A stretch of 64,000 nucleotides of DNA from Sedimentisphaeraceae bacterium JB056 (GCA_044440125.1 JBITAJ010000029.1:256001-320000), one strand, 5' to 3'; shown: positions 47,774 through 57,771, counted from the first letter of the stretch. Numbers and translations: made by a program. The notes: generated by a model from the letters alone, not told the origin.

Positions 47774-49750
47774 ATGCCACATAATCATTTACATCTCGAA
47801 GAGATAGAAGTTGATCATAAGGACCATGCGGAAGGCACGAAAGTTCGCAAGGTAAGTGCTGCTCTGATAGCAACCCTTGCCGGAGGCGTACTGCTTGTAA
47901 ACAGCCTTGTTTGCGAATGGATAAGTATGATTTGGCCGGGTATATACGGCGCAGATAATCCGGTTATAGAGCTTAGTGCAATGGTAGGTGCATTGCTTTT
48001 AGGCATGCCGATAATTATGCATGCATTCAAGAGCTTTATAAAAGGTTCAATGCATATGGATGAGCTTGTCGCGTTGGCAATAATTGCCGCTTTCGCAACA
48101 GGTAATTACCGCGAGGCCGGTGTTGTTTCATTCTTTATGCTTCTCAGTGAGCTTATGGAGGCACGTACAGCACTTGGTGCCAGGGCTTCTATTGAATCGC
48201 TGATCAAGCTTACTCCAAAGAAAGCGATGCTTGTTAAAGGAGACCACGAGACAGAGGTTGCCGTTAGCGATTTGAATTCGGGTGATATCATCAGAATTCG
48301 TCCGGGTGACAATGTTGCCGCTGATGGTGAGGTGGCAAGCGGTCTGACAAGTATCAATGAAGCAAGTATTACGGGTGAATCGCTTCCGGTTGATAAAGTT
48401 CCCGGTATGCAGGTGTTTGCCGGTACAACTAACTTGACCGGTGCTATTGATGTAAAAGTCACCAAAGTTGGTAAAGATACTACTCTTGGTAAGGTTCAGG
48501 ATCTTATCATGCAGGCTGAACAGACCAAGATTCCTATTATGAGAATCATGGACAGGTATGTAAAGTGGTACATTCCTACAGTTCTTATGATAGCGGCGGT
48601 TGCATGGTTCTTTACCAAAGAGCTTGATAAATCTATCGCTCTGCTTGTTATATCATGTCCTTGTGCTCTTATTCTTGCGACACCTACAGCGATGGTGGCG
48701 GCAATTTCAGCGGCTGCGAGGCTTGGTATATTTGTGAAGAATGTGGCAGATCTTGAAGTTGCCGGTAAACTAACGGCAATGGTGTTTGATAAAACCGGTA
48801 CGCTGACAACGGGTCGTCTTTATGTTACAAAGCTTGAACCGGCTGGTGGTGTTGAGCCTGCTGTTCTTTTGAGAACCGCTGCTTCGGCTGAGAAAATGAG
48901 TCGTCACCCTGCTGCAAGGGCCTTGATGAATCTTGCCAAGGAAGCAAATGTCGGTTTGTTTGAATCTACAGATTTTGAAGAAGTACCGGGTAAGGGTGTA
49001 CGTGCAAAGGTTGAGGGCAAAACAGTTCTCATCGGTCGCGACACTTTTATCAAGGAAAATGATATTGATGTCAGTAATGTGACTGATCCAGCTATGCACG
49101 AGGATGAGGGTTTCAGTACTCTTTACATCGCACAAGACGGCAAGTGTCTGGGCTGGATCGGTATGCAGGATAAGACAAGGCCTGAAGCTCAGGAGGCTGT
49201 TAACGAACTGACAACTGCAGGTCTAAAGCGTATAACAATGCTTACCGGTGACAGAAAAGAAGTTGCCAACCGCGTTGCTACAGAGCTTGGTTGCACTGAT
49301 TTCAGGGCAAGCTGTCTGCCTCAGGATAAACTTTCGATTGTTAAGAGCATCCGCAGGGATGGACACGTTGTTGCGGTTATCGGTGATGGTATCAATGATG
49401 CTCCGGCTCTTGCCGAGGGTGATCTTGGTGTCGCAATGGGGGCCGCGGGCAGCGATGTTGCAATCAACTCAGCCTCAATCGCTCTTATGAACAACGATCT
49501 GCGAAGACTGCCGTTCCTTGTTAAGTTATCACGTAAGACAAGGACCGTTATTGCTCAGAACCTGTTGTTCGGAAGTTTGTTTATTGTCATAGGTATGTTC
49601 CTTACGCTTTCGGGTGTGGTGTCGGCGGCTATGGCTGCTCCGCTTCACTTTGTAGGCTCCTTGATAGTGATTTTCAACAGTGCAAGACTCGTAAGATTTG
49701 GTGAGCATTTAGCTCCGCATACTGAAGAGATGGCGAAAGATCAGCACTGA
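47774..49750 (+). CDS. Heavy-metal-translocating P1B-type ATPase
   Basis: TGES, SCPC, DKTGTLT, SRHP, MLTGD and GDGINDAPAL; His-rich N-terminus without a CxxC HMBD. Confidence 0.95.
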   Translation: MPHNHLHLEEIEVDHKDHAEGTKVRKVSAALIATLAGGVLLVNSLVCEWISMIWPGIYGADNPVIELSAMVGALLLGMPIIMHAFKSFIKGSMHMDELVALAIIAAFATGNYREAGVVSFFMLLSELMEARTALGARASIESLIKLTPKKAMLVKGDHETEVAVSDLNSGDIIRIRPGDNVAADGEVASGLTSINEASITGESLPVDKVPGMQVFAGTTNLTGAIDVKVTKVGKDTTLGKVQDLIMQAEQTKIPIMRIMDRYVKWYIPTVLMIAAVAWFFTKELDKSIALLVISCPCALILATPTAMVAAISAAARLGIFVKNVADLEVAGKLTAMVFDKTGTLTTGRLYVTKLEPAGGVEPAVLLRTAASAEKMSRHPAARALMNLAKEANVGLFESTDFEEVPGKGVRAKVEGKTVLIGRDTFIKENDIDVSNVTDPAMHEDEGFSTLYIAQDGKCLGWIGMQDKTRPEAQEAVNELTTAGLKRITMLTGDRKEVANRVATELGCTDFRASCLPQDKLSIVKSIRRDGHVVAVIGDGINDAPALAEGDLGVAMGAAGSDVAINSASIALMNNDLRRLPFLVKLSRKTRTVIAQNLLFGSLFIVIGMFLTLSGVVSAAMAAPLHFVGSLIVIFNSARLVRFGEHLAPHTEEMAKDQH

Positions 49751-49788
49751 TAAAACTTGAAACTAAAAATGAAATAAAAGATGTTTAC

Positions 49789-49834
49789 TTATCGCAGAGA
49801 CGCAGCCGAATACAGGGTGCGTCTTTGCTGATAA
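49789..49834. other. Intergenic stem-loop
   Basis: TTATCGCAGAGACGCA...TGCGTCTTTGCTGATAA inverted repeat with no clear U-tract on the + strand. Confidence 0.5.
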
Positions 49835-49882
49835 AAGGAATATGAGTAGAGTGTTATTCTACCTGTAAATGAGGGTTAAAAA

Positions 49883-51097
49883 TTGGCACAAAGTAAATAT
49901 GCAATAGAAACAATAGCTCTTACAAAAGCCTTTACTGATTGGTGGGGAAGAACGAGAGTATTGGCCGTTGACGATCTCAATCTGAAGGTTGAGCACAATG
50001 AAGTTTATGGCCTGCTTGGACCGAATGGTTCGGGTAAGAGCACCACGCTTAAGATGCTCCTTTCTCTTCTAAAGCCTACCAAAGGCACCTCTTTCATACT
50101 TGGCGGTGCGAGTGATGATCCTAAGATAGCTGCTAAAATAGGCTTTCTTCCTGAAGAGTCTTACCTTTATAAATATCTTAACGCTAAAGAGACGCTTGAG
50201 TTTTACGGCAAGCTGTTCGGTCTTTCTTCCAAGGTTTTGAAGATGAGAATCGAGTCGCTGCTTGATATGGTAGGTCTATCTTCTATGGCCAACAGACCTA
50301 TCGGTACTTTCTCAAAAGGTATGCAGCGTCGAATCGGTTTGGCACAAGCATTGATAAATGATCCAGATATTCTTATTCTTGATGAGCCGACATCAGGTCT
50401 TGACCCTCTTGGTACAAGACAGATCAAGGACCTTATCAAGGCCATGGCAGACAGAGGCAAAACTGTTCTGCTTTGCAGCCATCTTCTGGCTGATGTTGAG
50501 GATGTTTGCGATCGGATATGCGTTCTCTACGGCGGAAAGGTTCAGTGTGAGGGCAAGGTCAGCGATCTGCTGAAAAAGGGAGGCCAGAAGCAATTGCTTA
50601 CCGATTCCCTTAATGACGCTGCTCTTTCCGAGATAACATCTATAATAGAGAAACAAGGCGGTAATGTGAAGGTTTCTTCTCCTTCTTACAAGCTTGAAGA
50701 TTTCTTTGTCAACGTTGTTACTGAGGCGCAGAAACGTAATCAAACTACAAGCGGTGCTATCAGCTCACGAAAGATCGGTGACTTCCTGAGTACAAGTCAG
50801 CAGCCTAAGGATGAAGACAAGAAATCACAGGTGCTTGATAAGCTTGTCAAGGTTGATCTTGAAGCTCAAAAGCAGGCAACGGTTGAAAAAGTTGAGAAGA
50901 TCAAAGAGGCAAGTAAGCCTCAAGAGCCTAAAGAAGACACTTCTCTGCTTGAGAATCTGACTAAGGATGAAGTTGTAGAAGAGAATACTTCACAGGTCGA
51001 AGCGGTAGAGAAACCCGCAGAACCAGTTAAGAAGGTCGATACTGATCTACTCAATGAATTGTCAAACAAGAAGACCGGAGATGGCGGCGATGCGTAA
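49883..51097 (+). CDS. ABC transporter ATP-binding protein with charged low-complexity C-terminal tail
   Basis: GPNGSGKST, FSKGMQRRIGLAQAL, DEPTSGLDP and SHLLADVE; TTG start after GAGG. Confidence 0.92.
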   Translation: MAQSKYAIETIALTKAFTDWWGRTRVLAVDDLNLKVEHNEVYGLLGPNGSGKSTTLKMLLSLLKPTKGTSFILGGASDDPKIAAKIGFLPEESYLYKYLNAKETLEFYGKLFGLSSKVLKMRIESLLDMVGLSSMANRPIGTFSKGMQRRIGLAQALINDPDILILDEPTSGLDPLGTRQIKDLIKAMADRGKTVLLCSHLLADVEDVCDRICVLYGGKVQCEGKVSDLLKKGGQKQLLTDSLNDAALSEITSIIEKQGGNVKVSSPSYKLEDFFVNVVTEAQKRNQTTSGAISSRKIGDFLSTSQQPKDEDKKSQVLDKLVKVDLEAQKQATVEKVEKIKEASKPQEPKEDTSLLENLTKDEVVEENTSQVEAVEKPAEPVKKVDTDLLNELSNKKTGDGGDA

Positions 51098-52469
51098 TAT
51101 ATGGGTTATCGCTAAAAATACTCTTTCGCAGGCGATAAGAATGAAGCTTGCGCTTACGGTGTTTGTGCTTCTTATCCTTCTTTTGCCGCTGATGAGCAAG
51201 GAGATGGTAGGAGACGGTACACTTACAGGTAAGCTGCAGACATTTTCAAGTTACGGCTTGTCGTTGATAAGCCTTTTACTATGCTTCCTTACTATAACAA
51301 TTTCATGCTACAGTCTTTCGACTGATATCAAGGAAAAGCAGATATTCAGTGTTATTACAAAGCCGGTTGCGAGATTTCAGATAGTTCTTGGTAAATTTGT
51401 AGGCATCGTTCTTTTTGACATTATAATGCTTGCAATATTTTCAGGAATAATATATGGCTTGACTATTGCGATTCCTAAATTCAGCAAAGCGCCGGAAGCT
51501 CAGATTGCTGAGGCGAACCAGACTTTCTTTACAGCAAGAAACGGTATAAAGCCTGATATTGACAAAAAACAGATGATGGCTGATGCTGAAAAGGATTATC
51601 AACGGCTTAAAGAGCAGAATATGCTCCCTGAAGGCAAGACAAAGCAGGAGATGATAAACGAACTTCGCGGCCGAAGGTTCATGCAGTTTATGAGTGTTGA
51701 ACCGGGAGCCGCTAAATCATGGAAGTTTTATGACGTCAATCCTCGTTCGAGAGACGGTTTTGTATATGTCAGATTCAAGTATCAGGTTTCTGTGTCGCCG
51801 CCGGACAACTCGATAGCGGGCAGATGGATAATTGGTGATTTCCGTAAGCTTGAGCAGGAAGGCGCATCACCGCAGGATGTAGAGACGCCGGTTTATGACA
51901 GCTATGTAAGGAAAGACAGCGTAAAAACTTTTCATGAGATTAAGATTCCCGCTGCTTGTGTTGCTGAAGATGGATATGTCGAAGTGGGTTTCCAGAATAT
52001 GTATTACAACAATACGACGGTAATTCCTAAGGATGTTGAGATATTGTTCAGGTCTGGAGGTTTCGGGCTGAACTATTTCATGGCAACTGTAATGCTCTTT
52101 GTAAGGCTTGTATTCCTTGCAGCTTTGGGAGTATCTCTTTCAACCTGGCTTTCTTTCCCTGTTGCAATATTTGCATGCCTTGTTGTGTTCTTCACAGGTA
52201 TGGTCAATGGGTTTATTGTTGATGCTATAGATATGCTTGGCAAAGAGGCTTCTGTTATATACGGGCTTACGATAAAACCTGTACTGGCACTTTTGCCTAG
52301 GTTTGACGGGAATTATAATCCTACTCCGCAAATAATATCGGCAAGGCTTATCGGATGGGGCTTCCTGTTAAAGGCTATATCAATAACAGCTATTCTCAAG
52401 TCGGCCTTACTGCTATTATTGGGTATATTCGTGTTCAGTAAACGTGAAATAGCGAAGGTGACAGTTTAA
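51090..52469 (+). CDS. ABC-2 type permease with large extracytoplasmic domain
   Basis: IAKNTLSQAIR and DIKEKQIFSVITKPVARFQIVLGKFVG; paralogous N-terminus to 42077-43042. Start placed at ATG 51090. Confidence 0.82.
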   Translation: MRNIWVIAKNTLSQAIRMKLALTVFVLLILLLPLMSKEMVGDGTLTGKLQTFSSYGLSLISLLLCFLTITISCYSLSTDIKEKQIFSVITKPVARFQIVLGKFVGIVLFDIIMLAIFSGIIYGLTIAIPKFSKAPEAQIAEANQTFFTARNGIKPDIDKKQMMADAEKDYQRLKEQNMLPEGKTKQEMINELRGRRFMQFMSVEPGAAKSWKFYDVNPRSRDGFVYVRFKYQVSVSPPDNSIAGRWIIGDFRKLEQEGASPQDVETPVYDSYVRKDSVKTFHEIKIPAACVAEDGYVEVGFQNMYYNNTTVIPKDVEILFRSGGFGLNYFMATVMLFVRLVFLAALGVSLSTWLSFPVAIFACLVVFFTGMVNGFIVDAIDMLGKEASVIYGLTIKPVLALLPRFDGNYNPTPQIISARLIGWGFLLKAISITAILKSALLLLLGIFVFSKREIAKVTV

Positions 52470-52529
52470 TTTTATATTGCCAGACAGCTCTATAAGAAGT
52501 TTGTCTCTTATAATAAAACGGAAAAAGAA

Positions 52530-54350
52530 ATGAAATTACGTAATATATTTATAATTCTGCTGTGTGTTCTTATGTCCGCGGCATTTCTGATCTCAGGTTC
52601 AATGCAGCTTGATGATATAAACGCGGCGAGAAAAGAGCTTAAGCTTGTCAGCAATGAACCGCTTGAAAATGCTCCTCCAGCCCTTGCGTTTGCAACGGTT
52701 GCAATGGGTGCTTTTCGCGGGCTTGTTGTTGATATACTCTGGATGCGTGCGGATAAGCTGAAAGAGGAGGGGCAGTTCTTTGATGCCAAGCAGCTTGCTG
52801 AATGGATTACGGTGCTCCAGCCGAGATTTGCAGCTGTATGGGATTTTCAGGCATGGAATATGGCTTATAATATATCTGTGGCCATGCCGAATACTCAGCC
52901 GGCAGAGCGATGGAAGTGGGTTCAGAATGGTTATGAACTGCTTCGTGACAAAGGTATTGTCCAGAATCCCAATTCTATAATTCTGTATCGTTCTCTTGCG
53001 TGGATATTCCAGCATAAGATTGGCGGGGTTACTGATGATAATCATAAGTATTACAAACTGCAGATAGCTCTTGCAGTTAATCCTCTTGTTGAGCCTTTGA
53101 CTAACGAACATTTCGATCAGCTTGCAGCGTCTCCCAAAACATTTGAAGAGATAATGCAGGATCCGAAGATTGCAGAATATGTCAATAAGCTGAAGGCTTC
53201 CGATAAAGAGAATTTCACTGATGAGACAGAGTTTGTTAAAACATATCTTACTTTGATCTTTTCCCAAGGGCAAGGTTTCAGCGAGGAAGCGAACCTTACT
53301 GTTGCCGATTATATCGAAACTGATGTATTCGAGAAGTTTCATACTTTTGCGCAAGCTTGGGAGCTTCGCAATACTTGGAAGTTTGATATAGACCGCATGA
53401 TACAACTTAATAAGAAGTATGGCCCGGTATCCATTGATGAAAATACAAAGCTGCCTCTCAACTGGGGACATCCTCAGACTCATGCTATATACTGGGCGGA
53501 GCTTGGTTTGGATATAGCTGGAAATAAGGGAGAGTATTCGATTGATGAAGTCAATACCGACCGTATCGTTTTTCATAGCCTTCAGGCCCTTTACAGGAAT
53601 GGTAAAGAGGTTATCTATGATGTGCCGATGAAGATGCCCGATACGCAGAAACAGCAGGGTAATCTTGATACTGATACAGAGCCTGAGGTAATAGTTGCCA
53701 AAACGCTCTATACACTTCCCGACCTGAGAATGTTTGATTCTTACAATGCTGCTCAGCTTGAGCGTATAAGAAAATATTCAAGATTTGCAGACAGCAATCT
53801 GCGTCCGCTGATGAATGGTCACAGGAATATGCTCAATAATGCTATCTTGTCGTTCTATATGGCAGGGCACGTTAAGAAAGCGGCAGAAGTCTACAAAGAA
53901 CTGAGAAACCTTTATCCTCGCAAAGAGAATAGTTATCCGTTGAAGGAATTCTGCCGCAGGCGTATGCAGGAAGAATTCCAGGGATTTGCGATAGATGATG
54001 CAAAAGAGATGATACTCATGATGCTTCGTGAATCCTATTTCCGTTATGCTGTTGGTGAGGATGGGGAAAGCAAGGGGCGTGAGGATATGGCACGTCAGGC
54101 CTATGATTACTATCTGAGGGATTACGGCGAAGATGAGATCGATCGTGTGAATCTTCCTGAGTTCGGACGTCTGCGTTATATGGCATTGATAGGATTCCTC
54201 AATGATGAGTATTTCCCACTTAATATGCGTCAGGCACTTTTGGGAAGAATACAGAACGAAAGGCCTGAGTTGTTTGACAGGCTTGATAAAGAACGGCAGA
54301 GATTACTAAAAGAGCAAGAAGCATTAGATAAGCAACAGGGACAGAATTAG
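52530..54350 (+). CDS. Conserved membrane-anchored helical (TPR-like) protein of the kind associated with ABC-2 systems
   Basis: N-terminal TM and GAFRGLVVDILWMRA...ITVLQPRF..VW.FQAWNMAYNISV, a motif recalled from planctomycete/verrucomicrobial ABC-linked proteins. Confidence 0.65.
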   Translation: MKLRNIFIILLCVLMSAAFLISGSMQLDDINAARKELKLVSNEPLENAPPALAFATVAMGAFRGLVVDILWMRADKLKEEGQFFDAKQLAEWITVLQPRFAAVWDFQAWNMAYNISVAMPNTQPAERWKWVQNGYELLRDKGIVQNPNSIILYRSLAWIFQHKIGGVTDDNHKYYKLQIALAVNPLVEPLTNEHFDQLAASPKTFEEIMQDPKIAEYVNKLKASDKENFTDETEFVKTYLTLIFSQGQGFSEEANLTVADYIETDVFEKFHTFAQAWELRNTWKFDIDRMIQLNKKYGPVSIDENTKLPLNWGHPQTHAIYWAELGLDIAGNKGEYSIDEVNTDRIVFHSLQALYRNGKEVIYDVPMKMPDTQKQQGNLDTDTEPEVIVAKTLYTLPDLRMFDSYNAAQLERIRKYSRFADSNLRPLMNGHRNMLNNAILSFYMAGHVKKAAEVYKELRNLYPRKENSYPLKEFCRRRMQEEFQGFAIDDAKEMILMMLRESYFRYAVGEDGESKGREDMARQAYDYYLRDYGEDEIDRVNLPEFGRLRYMALIGFLNDEYFPLNMRQALLGRIQNERPELFDRLDKERQRLLKEQEALDKQQGQN

Positions 54351-54351
54351 A

Positions 54352-56664
54352 ATGTCAGACTTTTTTTCACTTGACAGCCTCACACCTTCACAGCGTGAGG
54401 CTGTTGAACATAAAGATGGGCCTATGCTTGTTATCGCAGGTCCGGGAAGTGGTAAGACTCGTGTAATAACGAGTCGTATAGTTAGACTTATTGAAAAGGG
54501 CGTGCGTCCTTATAATATATGTGCGATTACTTTTACCAATAAAGCGGCTGAGGAGATGCGTGAGCGTGTCAAGGGTATGGGCGTTCCGACGGGAACTCAG
54601 GTCAGCACTTTTCACTCATTGTGCGTGAGGATATTACGTCAGTATGCCGAAGCTGCTGACATCGATCCGAATTTCAGTATCTACTCAGATGCAGATCAGA
54701 AGAAATGTATCAAGGATGCGATTGCCGGCGTTGATGCTTCAAGCGATAATTTTCAGCCGGCGAAGGTCCTTAGTGTTATTTCAAATCTGAAGAATGACAT
54801 TATTGAGCCTGATGATTTCAGGAAGATGGCCAATGATTTTTATTCCAAGATGCTGGCAAAGATTTACAATCGATACCAGAATCAGATGAAGACTAACAAT
54901 GCGCTTGATTTTGATGATTTGCTTGTGAAGACTGCTTGTCTTCTTCGAGACCACCCGGATATCAGGAGTCAGCTTAGTGAGCGTTTCCAGTATCTGCTTG
55001 TTGATGAGTATCAGGATACGAACCATGCGCAGTATCAGATTGCGAAGGGGCTTGCCCTCGATCACGGCAATATATGTGTAACAGGTGATCCTGACCAATC
55101 GATTTATAAATGGCGTGGGGCTGATATCAAAAACATCCTTGCTTTTGAAAAAGACTGGCCTACAGCGAAGATTGTTAAGCTTGAAGAGAATTTCAGATCA
55201 AGCCCCAAAATTCTTGCACTTGCTGATAAGCTGATAGCCAAGAATAAAGAACGTAAAGATAAGCGGCTTGTTCCGACGTTAAAAGACAGCCGTGAGATAC
55301 AGTGTAATGTATATGAAGATGAGAGGGCAGAAGCACACGCTATAGCCGATGAGATAACTTCACTGATGGAAAGCGGTGTAGATCCCAATGAAATCGCGAT
55401 TCTCTATCGTACTAACTCAATGAGCCGTTCGATTGAGGAAGCTTTTGTGAAAAAGGGTGTGCCTTATATCATTGTTCGAGGTGTTGAGTTCTACAGCCGT
55501 AAAGAGATACGTGATATGATTGCCTATCTGAAACTCATATGCAATCCGCTCGATAATGTTGCTTTTGCCAGAGTTGTTAATACACCGGCAAGAGGTATAG
55601 GAGCCACCAGTGTTAAGCGTCTTGAAATGTATGCGGCTAAGAAGGGCATATGTATGCTTGAGGCAGCCAGAGAGGCTCAGAGCGTAGAGACACTGACATC
55701 ATCAGCTGTTACCAAGGTAAAAGACTTTGCGGCAATGATAGACCGTTTTGCCAAGTTTGCGAGTGACGGCGGTTCTGTCGCTAAACTTCTTGCTGAGGTT
55801 TATGACAAGTCGGGTATGCATACGGCTCTGCTTACAAGCAAGGAGAGTCAGGAAGATGCGATGAGCAATATTGAGGAGCTTATCAATAGTGCCGCTCAAT
55901 ATGAACAGGCGGCTGAAGAACCTTCTCTTTTTGATTATCTGCAGAGCATCTCTCTCTACAGCGACTCTGATGCTTATGATCCTGAAAGCGGAAAGGTGTC
56001 CTTGATGACTCTTCACGCGGCTAAAGGTCTTGAGTTTGAGAATGCATTTGTTATAGGTCTTGAGCAGGGAATACTGCCTCATGAAAGAAGTGCAGAGGAT
56101 GATAAGGAGCTTGAAGAAGAACGCCGGCTGTTTTTTGTGGGAATCACGAGAGCTAAGATGGGGCTTTATATCAGTCGAGTTCTGAACAGAACAATGCGTG
56201 GGCAAATGTTCCGTTCAATGCCGTCAAAATTTCTTTATGAAACAGAGCTTATCAGTGGATTTGAGTCGACTCCTGCACCGGAGTATGATAATGGATACAG
56301 CAGATTTGCCGCCGGTGGAGCAGGAGCCGGCAGAGTTTACGGCAGGAAAGAAAAGAGCGGCGGCAATAAGAGGAAGTCTTACGGCGGGGCAACTTCGACT
56401 CGCAGAAAGCAGTCTTCTTCATCCCCGGATTCCTCTGTAAAAAGAATCGGCAGGGCTTCAGCGTTGTCGGCTGCATCATCACTGCCCAAAGCTTCTGCCG
56501 GAGGTTTTGCAAAGGGTGACAAAGTCCGGCATCCAAACTTTGGTGAAGGGTTTATCAAGGAATATCTCAATCTTGGAGCAAACAGTGTGATTACTGTAGG
56601 CTTTGATGATGGACAAACTAAAACGCTGATACAAAAAAATGCGGGGCTTGAAAAGATAGAGTGA
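54352..56664 (+). CDS. pcrA: UvrD/PcrA superfamily 1 DNA helicase
   Basis: AGPGSGKT, TFTNKAA, VDEYQDTN, GDPDQSIY, MTLHAAKGLEF, EEERRLFFVGITRA and a C-terminal Tudor-like V.HP.FG.G. Confidence 0.95.
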   Translation: MSDFFSLDSLTPSQREAVEHKDGPMLVIAGPGSGKTRVITSRIVRLIEKGVRPYNICAITFTNKAAEEMRERVKGMGVPTGTQVSTFHSLCVRILRQYAEAADIDPNFSIYSDADQKKCIKDAIAGVDASSDNFQPAKVLSVISNLKNDIIEPDDFRKMANDFYSKMLAKIYNRYQNQMKTNNALDFDDLLVKTACLLRDHPDIRSQLSERFQYLLVDEYQDTNHAQYQIAKGLALDHGNICVTGDPDQSIYKWRGADIKNILAFEKDWPTAKIVKLEENFRSSPKILALADKLIAKNKERKDKRLVPTLKDSREIQCNVYEDERAEAHAIADEITSLMESGVDPNEIAILYRTNSMSRSIEEAFVKKGVPYIIVRGVEFYSRKEIRDMIAYLKLICNPLDNVAFARVVNTPARGIGATSVKRLEMYAAKKGICMLEAAREAQSVETLTSSAVTKVKDFAAMIDRFAKFASDGGSVAKLLAEVYDKSGMHTALLTSKESQEDAMSNIEELINSAAQYEQAAEEPSLFDYLQSISLYSDSDAYDPESGKVSLMTLHAAKGLEFENAFVIGLEQGILPHERSAEDDKELEEERRLFFVGITRAKMGLYISRVLNRTMRGQMFRSMPSKFLYETELISGFESTPAPEYDNGYSRFAAGGAGAGRVYGRKEKSGGNKRKSYGGATSTRRKQSSSSPDSSVKRIGRASALSAASSLPKASAGGFAKGDKVRHPNFGEGFIKEYLNLGANSVITVGFDDGQTKTLIQKNAGLEKIE

Positions 56665-57647
56665 AAAAGAAAGTAATAAAGAATTGCTTGCGAATAATAG
56701 TTGTAATCGCGGCCTTTGGGTTTCTCGCCGCCACACAGGATGTAAACGCTCTTGTTGATGGTGTCAAGAAAATCAGCATTGTGCCGCTTGCTGTCGGAGT
56801 GCTTCTTTTTATCTTTTCAAACGCTCTCGTAGGATTACGATGGAGCAGGCTGCTTGCCGCTCTGGATATACATTTCCCCATACTGGCATCTATAAAAGTT
56901 ACGTTTGTCGGACTCTTCTATAATAATATGCTTTTGAGCAATATCGGCGGTGATCTGCTCCGCGGCTGGTATGTTACCAAATACACAGATAAGCGGCTCG
57001 AAGCGGCATTCAGTGTTGTTGTCGACAGGGTATGCGGTTTCTTTGCGTGCCTTATTATGGCATTGGGCGGACTCGTGGCATCAAGAAAACTTTTTGCCGA
57101 TGCCGCTGCCTCTGAAACCGCCGCTTCAGGCAGTCCGGCCGAAGGAATGCCTTTGATTATGAAGCTTGTGATAGTTGTCGCTGTTCTTGCGGCAGCATCA
57201 ATAGTTGCGATTGTTATTTTATGGCGAATGAAGAAGCTTGACAGCCTGCTTGCTAATTTGCGGTCTCATATAAAAAGATTCTGGGTTGCTGTAGTTGTTT
57301 ATCTCAAGAGTCCGTTTGTGCTTTTGAATGCTATGGGCATAACGATAATAGCCCAATCAATAACGGTTGTCGGAATATATGTCGCATGCAGTTCGCTCAA
57401 CATTGATGCTCCGTTGAAAGTGTTCTTTATCTTCTTCCCACTAAGCTGGGTGATTGGTGCTTTACCGGTAAGCCCCGGCGGTCTTGGAGTGCTTGAACTT
57501 GGTATTGTCGCTATGTTTGCCACTTTGCCGCAGGTGACTAATGAACAGGCGTTAATGCTTGCCCTCTGCCAGCGAATCATATTTGTTGCAGGTTCACTTC
57601 CTGGATTTTTGATACATTTATCTGGCACACACTTGCCGAAAGAATAA
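56661..57647 (+). CDS. Lysylphosphatidylglycerol synthase TM-region / flippase-like (UPF0104) membrane protein
   Basis: LRW..LL, FYNNMLLSNIGGDLLR, SVVVDR and LPVSPGGLGVLE. Confidence 0.85.
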   Translation: MKKKVIKNCLRIIVVIAAFGFLAATQDVNALVDGVKKISIVPLAVGVLLFIFSNALVGLRWSRLLAALDIHFPILASIKVTFVGLFYNNMLLSNIGGDLLRGWYVTKYTDKRLEAAFSVVVDRVCGFFACLIMALGGLVASRKLFADAAASETAASGSPAEGMPLIMKLVIVVAVLAAASIVAIVILWRMKKLDSLLANLRSHIKRFWVAVVVYLKSPFVLLNAMGITIIAQSITVVGIYVACSSLNIDAPLKVFFIFFPLSWVIGALPVSPGGLGVLELGIVAMFATLPQVTNEQALMLALCQRIIFVAGSLPGFLIHLSGTHLPKE

Positions 57648-57683
57648 TTTTGATCTTACTGAATATATTATTTGCTTTTTTTC

Positions 57684-57727
57684 TTGACATATGTTAGGCA
57701 AGGCTTAATATATAAGCTATAACTAAA
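57684..57727 (+). promoter_or_regulatory. feoA promoter with overlapping DtxR/MntR-type dyads
   Basis: TTGACA at 57684, TTAGGCAAGGCTTAA (57694-57708) and TAAG-CTATAA-CTAA (57713-57726). Confidence 0.55.
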
Positions 57728-57771
57728 TCAAGATGTAAAGAAAAAAATATGTATAAAGGGCGAATTAAGAC

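Noticed and set aside
52599..53576. 325-aa antisense ORF
   Set aside because: Lies entirely opposite a well-formed conserved gene and has no motifs; consistent with a codon-bias shadow ORF.
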